Shown piece after piece: positions 28,591 to 35,805 of a stretch of 64,000 bases of DNA. How positions within the stretch are numbered: the first letter of the stretch is position 1; every line of letters starts with the position of its first letter. The notes beneath the pieces were generated by a model that was not told where the DNA came from, did no database searches, and saw only the letters and a program-made list of their open reading frames with translations. Origin of the DNA: an uncultured Verrucomicrobiae bacterium (GTDB taxonomy: Bacteria; Verrucomicrobiota; Verrucomicrobiia; Chthoniobacterales; JAFAMB01); contig CAVXLD010000001.1 in assembly GCA_963762565.1 (NCBI GenBank), forward strand, positions 1,312,001-1,376,000, in the 5' to 3' direction. A program made the translations under genes and the position numbers.

Positions 28591-28809
28591 TCAACGTCTG
28601 AACAGCCAGCTCAATAACGTGAGGACGATGCTGATTAAAATGCACGTCACCAGCGGGAAATAGAAAGAGAAGTTCCCTTTTTGAACCGAGATATCGCCCG
28701 GCAGACGCCCCATCCAGCCAAACCAGCCAGGGAACTTCCACAAAAGCGCGCCTCCGATCGCAAGAACTATCCCGACGATCATCGCGATTCTGCCGATTTC
28801 CTGCATCAT
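28591..28809 (-). CDS. DUF2905 small membrane protein
   Basis: GRLPGDI....NFSFYFPLVTCILISIVL. Confidence 0.92.
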   Translation of the reverse strand: MMQEIGRIAMIVGIVLAIGGALLWKFPGWFGWMGRLPGDISVQKGNFSFYFPLVTCILISIVLTLLSWLFRR

Positions 28810-28824
28810 AGGAAATAAAGGGGA

Positions 28825-29077
28825 AGGAGTTCAGGAGTTCAAGGAGTTGGTAGGGCGAGGCTCCCGAACGGCCCAAGCCTGTTCGCGGGGATACTGATGC
28901 CTCATTTCTAAAGGTGCAGTTACGACTGTTGACCTGCCGAGCCGTGCGCTGCGCGACCCACGGCTCGGCGGGCTGCTTGACGTCGCACCGCGAAATCCGG
29001 GACGGAACATCGGGCTCCGCGAACTGTTGAAGGTCTTTCGGGAGCCTCGCCCTACCATCTCCTTGAACTCCTCGAAC
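28825..29077. repeat. Split-REP family B, copy 4 (28849-29056), wrapped by GGAGTTCAA arrays
   Basis: 16-bp outer IR, 68-nt inserts, 14-bp inner IR, 12-nt centre; alignable end to end with copy 3. Confidence 0.9.
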
Positions 29078-29100
29078 GTCTCGTTACGTTCGTCCCGCCT

Positions 29101-30048
29101 ATGTGGCTCGCGTTTTACGTTCATCACCTCGACCCTTTTCTGGTTCGGTTCTATGGAGATATTGGTATCCGTTGGTACGGTACCGCCTATCTGGCGGGAT
29201 TTGTCGCCGCTTTTTTCCTCCTGAAATGGCTTGCTCGAAAAGGGTACGGCCCCCTCGCCGAATCCCAGGTAGCCGACTTCATCTTTTTTGCGGCTGTCTT
29301 CGGCGTTCTAGTTGGCGGACGTCTTGGCTACGTTCTCTTTTATCGGCCTCAGATGATCTTTCATCCTTTGGAGATATTTCAAGTTTGGGACGGAGGAATG
29401 GCCAGTCACGGCGGAATTCTGGGACTAGTGATCTTTTCGTTTATTTACGCTCGTCGACATCACATTTCCTGGACAGGAATCGGTGACAACCTGGTGGCGG
29501 CGGCGCCACTCGGATTAATGTTCGGCCGGCTAGCCAATTTCATTAACGGTGAGCTTTACGGGCGACCCACAACCGTACCCTGGGCCATGCAATTTCCTTC
29601 CGAGCTACTCGATCCCAGCTTCCCAGCCGATAAGGTCAATGCTGTCATCGGAAAATGCGAGGCCGTGGACCCGGCCATTGTGCAGGCAGCAGACCCCATC
29701 AGGGCAATCATCGCTGCGGCTCGTACGAATCCGCAGGTCCGGGACGTACTTGCCCAGTTTCTGACTCCAAGACATCCGAGCCAACTTTACGAGGCGTTCC
29801 TTGAAGGCTTGCTGCTTTTTATTTGTCTAATCACCGTTCGCCTCCGGTTTCGACAACCCAATGGCATAACCACCGGCTGTTTCTTTCTTCTGTACCCGAC
29901 GATGCGAATCATCGGGGAGCAATTCCGAGAACCCGACGCGCCGTTAACCGGCCCATTCACCCGGGGACAATTTTTGTCTCTATTTATGTTCGTGGTCGGA
30001 ATTGCGTTTCTGGTTTACGCACTGCGGTCCCGGAAAGGTGCAGCGTGA
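29101..30048 (+). CDS. lgt: Prolipoprotein diacylglyceryl transferase
   Basis: IRWYG, GGRLGYVLFY, GGMASHGG, GRLANFINGELYGR, RHPSQLYE. Confidence 0.97.
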   Translation: MWLAFYVHHLDPFLVRFYGDIGIRWYGTAYLAGFVAAFFLLKWLARKGYGPLAESQVADFIFFAAVFGVLVGGRLGYVLFYRPQMIFHPLEIFQVWDGGMASHGGILGLVIFSFIYARRHHISWTGIGDNLVAAAPLGLMFGRLANFINGELYGRPTTVPWAMQFPSELLDPSFPADKVNAVIGKCEAVDPAIVQAADPIRAIIAAARTNPQVRDVLAQFLTPRHPSQLYEAFLEGLLLFICLITVRLRFRQPNGITTGCFFLLYPTMRIIGEQFREPDAPLTGPFTRGQFLSLFMFVVGIAFLVYALRSRKGAA

Positions 30049-30065
30049 TTCCGGGCGAGAGCTTA

Positions 30066-30409
30066 TCGTACTCGTCTCTCGTCCTTGAAAAGACTACAGC
30101 AGCCTGCCAGGTTGATCGTCCGAGCAGCGTCTGCAGAGCCCCAATCTGGAGGGGAGCCGCTTTGTAAGATTGCAGCTCTATGGGTTTGCAGCAGGCGGCT
30201 CCCGGGGATCACCCAGCGTAGCATTTGTGCCCAACGCTATCCGCGAATCGATACAGACACGCCCAAATCCCTGCAAAACCTGGAGCCGTTCCCGGGAGCC
30301 GCTTGCTGCGACGTGATAGAACTAGCGACCTATAAAGCGGCTCCCCTCCAGTCGCGCTCGGCTTCTCGTTGACCGCACAACCCTCTCTCGAGAACGAGGA
30401 CGAGAACGA
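30066..30409. repeat. Family E shell (copy 3) enclosing family D copy 2 (30146-30351)
   Basis: TCGTACTCGTCTCTCGTCCTTGA ... TCGAGAACGAGGACGAGAACGA around CTGGAGGGGAGCCGCTTT ... AAAGCGGCTCCCCTCCAG. Confidence 0.85.
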
Positions 30410-30466
30410 CCTGCCACCACACGCTGGATCACCTCCTAGATTCTCGCTCCTGACACTGCTTACTGC

Positions 30467-30649
30467 TTACTGATTACTCGGCCCGACAGCTCCAGCGCGC
30501 GCCATCTCAGGAACCACCTGCTCCAGCTCGCGCCGATGAAAAGCATCGCTAACGACCGCGCAGGTCATCAGGATGAAGCAAATTAAGAAAACGGCGCAGA
30601 CAACATAGCCGAACCGGTAGCTATAGTCCGAGGTGTTTTCGGGTGACAT
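30467..30649 (-). CDS. Small single-TM hypothetical protein
   Basis: ATG 6 nt after the helicase stop; one hydrophobic helix; 3' end merges into a heptamer array (30454-30478). Confidence 0.6.
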   Translation of the reverse strand: MSPENTSDYSYRFGYVVCAVFLICFILMTCAVVSDAFHRRELEQVVPEMARAGAVGPSNQ

Positions 30650-30655
30650 TAGGTC

Positions 30656-33166
30656 TTAGGCTGATCTTGCTAGGCGTGAGATAAATCGCCCGGTGTACCG
30701 TTGACTCTGAGCGGGAGCCAATTGAGGCAACGGATCACGGGCTGGGCTCCTGGTGGAATGCACATACCTTGAAGCCATCTCCCGCAACTGCAACCAGCGG
30801 TCCCAATCGTAAGCGGGCGCTTGTGTGATCTGCCGCAGCAAACTTCGCCATTCAGTAAGCGCTCGTTCGATATCCCCGTAGCGCACGCTCTCGCTGACCA
30901 GCCGATGGCGAGGTACCTGATGTGCCACGACTTCCCGCACCACTTCTGAACCTCCTGGCCCATACGCAATGGGCAGCCCCATCTCGAGGTAACCTGAGTA
31001 CTCACCCCGCTGATAGACCGTTTGGCAAACCGCACCTAATCGTCCATGGGAATAGGTTTCATCCAAAGAAAACCGATGCCCGACACGAAGATTGGCTAAA
31101 TCAAAAACCAAGTCCTCGATTGGATAATCCGACTCTTCAAGAGCAGCAGCGATCGCCAGGCCCTCTCCCTGATTGAAAAAACTGAAGATAATCCCGCGAC
31201 GGGTGGGAACCCCTCTCTGATCCACCAGACCAAGTTGTCGCCAAGCTAACGCGGGTGAAACCGAAAGCTCCAGAGCCTCACAATCCGCTTTTAGCGCACA
31301 AGGCTGGCAAACCGCTGGATAAGTTCGGCGGGTCTCGGGGTTTTCCAAGATACGGCCGCGGCCGTCTCGATAACCGGTGACCGGTAAGCCGGCAAACCGG
31401 AACCGGCCAAAAATCATCCCGTCTCGGACGCACTGTTCATGGAGCCGCCCACTCATCTCGGCTTCCACAATCGGTAGCACTTGCTTTAAGAATTCTTCTG
31501 GTTTCCAACCATTGACGGCAGCCAGCAAAGGAAACCGTTCACGAAGAAGCTTCCGCAGCCATTTGGCCGCCAACCAACTTCCTCTTTTTTCGGCTGCAAG
31601 CGGGATTTCTCTGCCGTATTCAAACGGCTGCCGGACCTGAGTCTGCCCCGTGGGCCCGTCCTGAGCTTGTCGAACGGGTTCACCAAACCTGATCTTACAA
31701 AGGGCGCCGAATCCGTGCTTTTGAGCAATAGCAGCCACCGTCAAAGCGGGCCGCCAATGTCCGGTCGGCAATCGAACCAACAGCTCGCCCAAGCCAGCCT
31801 CGCCAGGGGCGGGCAGCGGCTCCCAAAGTCCCTCCGGCGTAAGCATTTCCCGATCGTGTCTTCGGACCAGCCGCGCTCGTTCGCCATCGACCGGCAGGCC
31901 ACAGAGCGGATCGCTTGCCGAATTTTCCTTAACGGCATAAAAGCTCTCGACGCCAACAGTCAGGGGTCTGGATGAAAAAAGCCCAGCGATTAGCTGCCTG
32001 GCTTTCAAAAAAGGGTCCTCGTCGCGTAAGGCCGCCTGGCGCATCACCCCGATCATAGTCGGCCAGTCCACCGGCTCTGCTCTCCTTAATTTGAGGGGGT
32101 GAGCGTCGTGCAGCCGGGGGATATCCGGCGTGACTAAAACGTAGCCGAACTCGTCCAGTCCGCGGCGGCCAGCCCGGCCAAACATTTGTAATAGTTCATC
32201 GGGACGCACTTGCCGTTGAAAATTGCCGGCCTGGTATTGAGTCCCGGTGACGAGGACTGAACGCATCGAAAAGTTAATGCCCGCCGCCAGCCCCATAGTT
32301 GCCACGACCACTCGTAGTTGTCCCCGTTTCGCCAATGGTTCAACGATGCCCGCCCGTACCGCATAGCTAAGTCCGCTGTGGTGGAATGCGACCCTGTTCC
32401 GCAACAATTTCCCTAACCGGTCGCCGGTCAACGCCTGCTGTTCCTGGGTTAGGGATAAGGGCTCGTCGAGCGGTAGCGTCGACGAGAGTGCCGTAGCCAG
32501 GTCTTCGGCCATTTGCCGCCGTGGCGCGAAGATCAGCAGTGGCCCGAGATCGGCGAGCAGCGCTCTGCTAATCAGTTTCGGCCAATAGCCACGAACCATT
32601 CCTGGCGCCGCAACCGGGAGATCGCTCAGCATCACCTCATCCAGCTGGACCGGCCGTTGTTGATGAGAGATCAATTCGGCCGGTCGCCCGATGCGGCGCA
32701 GCCATTCCACCACGTCAGCCGGGTTCCCGACACTGCCGCTCAAGAGAAGTAGCTGGGTCTCCGGCGGCGCCAGCGAGAGGATAATTTCATAACCGGTTCC
32801 GCGAATTGGATCAGCGATGAGTTGATATTCATCGACCACCAGCAGCCTCGGACCGTCCCGATGGAGAAAACGTCCCTTTTGAGTCTCCAAGGTTGCTACC
32901 ACAACCCGCGCATCGAGGTTCTCAGCCAAATCACCCGTCGAAATACCCACATCCCACCCTCGAGCCCGCCACTCAGCCAGCTTGTCATTAGCCAATGCTC
33001 GAGTCGGGACGGTAAAAACCGCCTGGCCTTTGAGGGATTCGTACAATAGCTCGAATATGTACGTTTTCCCCGCGCCCGTGGGGGCATGAACCACTACGTC
33101 TTTTCCCTCGCGCAACAGCTTGACCGCGTCCTGTTGCCACTTATCAGGGATGATCAAATTGACCAT
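30656..33166 (-). CDS. DEAD/DEAH-box (Ski2/HelY-like) SF2 helicase
   Basis: APTGAGKT, PTRALANDK, VVDEYQ, LSGS, HHSGL, QMFGRAGRRG. Confidence 0.92.
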   Translation of the reverse strand: MVNLIIPDKWQQDAVKLLREGKDVVVHAPTGAGKTYIFELLYESLKGQAVFTVPTRALANDKLAEWRARGWDVGISTGDLAENLDARVVVATLETQKGRFLHRDGPRLLVVDEYQLIADPIRGTGYEIILSLAPPETQLLLLSGSVGNPADVVEWLRRIGRPAELISHQQRPVQLDEVMLSDLPVAAPGMVRGYWPKLISRALLADLGPLLIFAPRRQMAEDLATALSSTLPLDEPLSLTQEQQALTGDRLGKLLRNRVAFHHSGLSYAVRAGIVEPLAKRGQLRVVVATMGLAAGINFSMRSVLVTGTQYQAGNFQRQVRPDELLQMFGRAGRRGLDEFGYVLVTPDIPRLHDAHPLKLRRAEPVDWPTMIGVMRQAALRDEDPFLKARQLIAGLFSSRPLTVGVESFYAVKENSASDPLCGLPVDGERARLVRRHDREMLTPEGLWEPLPAPGEAGLGELLVRLPTGHWRPALTVAAIAQKHGFGALCKIRFGEPVRQAQDGPTGQTQVRQPFEYGREIPLAAEKRGSWLAAKWLRKLLRERFPLLAAVNGWKPEEFLKQVLPIVEAEMSGRLHEQCVRDGMIFGRFRFAGLPVTGYRDGRGRILENPETRRTYPAVCQPCALKADCEALELSVSPALAWRQLGLVDQRGVPTRRGIIFSFFNQGEGLAIAAALEESDYPIEDLVFDLANLRVGHRFSLDETYSHGRLGAVCQTVYQRGEYSGYLEMGLPIAYGPGGSEVVREVVAHQVPRHRLVSESVRYGDIERALTEWRSLLRQITQAPAYDWDRWLQLREMASRYVHSTRSPARDPLPQLAPAQSQRYTGRFISRLARSA

Positions 33167-33189
33167 CGGGTTTCTACTTACAGTAGAAC

Positions 33190-33217
33190 CATACCCAATA
33201 GCAAATAGCCAATAGCC
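33190..33217. repeat. Heptamer array, left arm of four-helix-bundle cassette
   Basis: CATACCC AATAGCA AATAGCC AATAGCC. Confidence 0.8.
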
Positions 33218-33238
33218 GATGGGGTCTCGGTCCCAGCG

Positions 33239-33691
33239 TTACTCCGGGCGGGTCGGCTTTCGGAATTCACTGAGCGATTCCTTAATTCCCGCCTGTGAGC
33301 GGTAGCGTTTGCCTTTGACCGAAGAATCCTCGATTGAAGTGATCCAGGCCGTAATCTGGCGCGCACAGGATTTGGCCAATTCGAGAATTAGGACAAATTG
33401 CCCGCTCAATTCCGCCAGGCGCCGGCGATTTTTAACTACTGCTATCATCGAACGGACTTCACCCGCCGAGCCTCGAGCAATTCCCAGGTATCCCACCAAC
33501 TCTTTGGTTGAGGCGCGTTCAAAGCCTTCCGCGATATTATTGGAAACAGAAAGCCCCGCTCGATCCAGCTGGTTTCGAAATCCCGAGGTCAATGGGCAGT
33601 TGAGGTCCTCCAGCAGATCCAGTACGGCGTTGTACAATCGAGCGGCTTCTTGCCAGACGGGCAGATCTTCGAAACGCTCATACTTAGCCAT
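33239..33691 (-). CDS. Four-helix-bundle protein (TIGR02436 / 23S-IVS-protein / Avd-like family)
   Basis: FEDLPVWQEA, NQLDRAGLSVSNNIAEGFER, LGIARGSAGEVRS signature. Confidence 0.93.
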   Translation of the reverse strand: MAKYERFEDLPVWQEAARLYNAVLDLLEDLNCPLTSGFRNQLDRAGLSVSNNIAEGFERASTKELVGYLGIARGSAGEVRSMIAVVKNRRRLAELSGQFVLILELAKSCARQITAWITSIEDSSVKGKRYRSQAGIKESLSEFRKPTRPE

Positions 33692-33748
33692 ACAACGCAA
33701 AATAATAGTGTTTGTTTATGTAAACGCAACGCTCTATTTTGCCCCCTT

Positions 33749-33776
33749 TGCTATCGGCTATTGGCTATTGTCTATT
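33749..33776. repeat. Heptamer array, right (inverted) arm of cassette; contains the bioB stop codon
   Basis: TGCTATC GGCTATT GGCTATT GTCTATT. Confidence 0.8.
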
Positions 33777-34697
33777 CTGCAGGCCTAACGCCTGCAGCAG
33801 CTCCCGATCCTCATCCACCCCCGGATTCGCAGCGGTCAAGAGCTTGCTTCCGTAGAAAATCGAATTGGCACCAGCAAAAAAGCAGAGCGCTTGTGCTTCC
33901 TTGGATAGCCGAGTCCTCCCGGCGGACATGCGGACCCGCGCTTTTGGCAGAACGATCCTGGTGGTGGCTATCAATCGGACCAGCTCGAATACATCAACCG
34001 GCGGTTGCGCTTCCAATGGAGTCCCCGGCATCGGGATCAGGCAATTGATCGGCACACTTTCCGGTGTCGGATCAAAGCTAGTCAGTACTTCTAACATTTT
34101 CAGACGGTCGGTTTCTGATTCTCCCATCCCAATGATACCGCCGCAGCAGACAGAGATACCGGCCAACTGAACCGCTTTGATCGTATCCAGCCGATCTTGA
34201 AAGGTATGGGTGGAAACTATCTCCCGGTAGAATTCTTCCGACGTGTCGAGGTTATGATTGTAGGCAGTAACTCCCGCTTCTTTCAGCTTCTTCGCCTCAG
34301 ACGACCCGAGATGGCCTAACGTGACGCAGACCTCCATGCCGAGACGGCTGACGTTTCGGACGATATCTAAGACTTGCTCGAATTTCGCCTCGCCTTCTCG
34401 GACGCCCTTCCAGGCAGCACCCATACAGAATCGAGTGGAGCCATTTTCCCTGGCTCGTTCCGCTAACTTCAGAACCTCTTCGGTCTTCATTAGGCGGCCG
34501 GCTTCCACCCCGGTGGAGTAGCGGGCGCTCTGTGCACAGTAGGCGCAGTCTTCACTGCATCCGCCGGTCTTAATGCTCAGCAAGGTGCAAAGTTGGACCT
34601 CGTCCCGCGACCAATGTTCGAGATACACCGAGCGCGCCTGTGAGATCAGGTCGAAGAAAGGTTGAGAATAGATTTCTTGTAGTTCAGGGAGTGTCAT
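33765..34697 (-). CDS. bioB: Biotin synthase
   Basis: KTGGCSEDCAYCAQS radical-SAM motif, YNHNLDT, ESVPIN, AGANSIFYG. Confidence 0.98.
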   Translation of the reverse strand: MTLPELQEIYSQPFFDLISQARSVYLEHWSRDEVQLCTLLSIKTGGCSEDCAYCAQSARYSTGVEAGRLMKTEEVLKLAERARENGSTRFCMGAAWKGVREGEAKFEQVLDIVRNVSRLGMEVCVTLGHLGSSEAKKLKEAGVTAYNHNLDTSEEFYREIVSTHTFQDRLDTIKAVQLAGISVCCGGIIGMGESETDRLKMLEVLTSFDPTPESVPINCLIPMPGTPLEAQPPVDVFELVRLIATTRIVLPKARVRMSAGRTRLSKEAQALCFFAGANSIFYGSKLLTAANPGVDEDRELLQALGLQNRQ

Positions 34698-34772
34698 GCC
34701 GGCGTTGGAAAATCGGGGCGGGGTGTTGGAGCGATGGAGTTATGGAGTACGGCGCGAAGGAACTGCAAACCA

Positions 34773-35477
34773 TTAATCTCCGGCCGACCATTTGCCGTTA
34801 CTTGAGACCAGGACAGGAAGTTCGTTCGTCATGTATTGGGTTTTGCAGGTTGCCCCAATCATTTTCGCTCCGGTAGCCGCTCTCCATAGACCCGACATGC
34901 TTAGTGCCGTGTAACATCCCCAGGACTGAACTTGAGCGTTCTTGGCGAATATCCCGCGATGAAGCTTCTCTTTGAGCTCGCTTTCGTGCAACCAGCACTT
35001 AGATGCGCTGCCAATCTGGCTGCTGTAGTCGAACATAAAGCAAGCGCGGTTCGAATGGCCGAAATAATCGAATGAAGCAATCTTGTATAAGGAGCGATCT
35101 TCGCCGCGGTTGAGATAATCACAGACATCGTCCGCGGTCTTAAAATAGATCAGCTTGAGATTATACGTGGTGCGTACAGAATCGATGATACCAAACAAGT
35201 TCTCTTTCTCCTGAGCCTGCCGCCGCTTGTACCCTGGGCCGTACACCATCCAAGTAATGTAGGCTGAGGGACCGTACTGTTCGCGGAGTTGAGCGATCCG
35301 GATCCGGCTGGCTCGGACAAAGTTCATCCACCAATTGTCGTGAGGTTCGATCTTATACTTTTCCCATTCCATGAGTGACGGTGCGCCGGTCACGACGATG
35401 TGTTCGTCGTAGTTCTGAGCAAGCGCCGCGGCGGCCGAAAAGCAAAGGACACACAAGATTAAGCTAAGCCGAGCCAT
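34773..35477 (-). CDS. Secreted conserved hypothetical protein, possible His-Cys dyad
   Basis: Signal peptide from MARLSL; FDYFGHS and SWGC motifs. Confidence 0.75.
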   Translation of the reverse strand: MARLSLILCVLCFSAAAALAQNYDEHIVVTGAPSLMEWEKYKIEPHDNWWMNFVRASRIRIAQLREQYGPSAYITWMVYGPGYKRRQAQEKENLFGIIDSVRTTYNLKLIYFKTADDVCDYLNRGEDRSLYKIASFDYFGHSNRACFMFDYSSQIGSASKCWLHESELKEKLHRGIFAKNAQVQSWGCYTALSMSGLWRAATGAKMIGATCKTQYMTNELPVLVSSNGKWSAGD

Positions 35478-35581
35478 AACGGCGTTAAGCTTGGCGCGGA
35501 CGCTCTGTTCCGTCAACCCGCTGGAAGTCATCTGGAGCTAGAATCTAGGAGCTAGAAGAGCGTGTCGTGGCTCTAAGGTAA

Positions 35582-35752
35582 TCATTCTCGTCCTCGTCGT
35601 CGTTCTCGTCCTCGGAAAGTGGTGGGTTTGCTCGCCGAGTTGCATCGGTTGCAGAGCCAATCTCTGGCAAAAATCGAAAGTCCTAGGTCTTACACAATCT
35701 TGGGCGAAATTTCGCTTTTCGAGGACGAGGACGACGACGAGGACGAGAACGA
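35582..35752. repeat. Family E element, copy 4
   Basis: TCATTCTCGTCCTCGTCGTCGTTCTCGTCCTCGG / TCGAGGACGAGGACGACGACGAGGACGAGAACGA. Confidence 0.85.
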
Positions 35753-35805
35753 CTGTCGCTGAGCTGCAGCGCTCCCTCCTAGTTCCGGACGGCAAGCGCA
35801 AACCG

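Noticed and set aside
3107..29056. CRISPR array or integron attC sites
   Set aside because: The repeats are inverted and dispersed rather than direct repeat-spacer arrays; no cas or intI gene, and no consistent RYYYAAC/GTTRRRY ends.
33190..33776. 23S rRNA intervening sequence
   Set aside because: The flanks are protein-coding genes; no rRNA sequence is present.
30433..35551. Composite transposon bounded by CTCCTAGATTCT / AGAATCTAGGAG
   Set aside because: Only a 12-bp match within heptamer-type arrays, enclosing housekeeping genes with no transposase; more likely two independent half elements.
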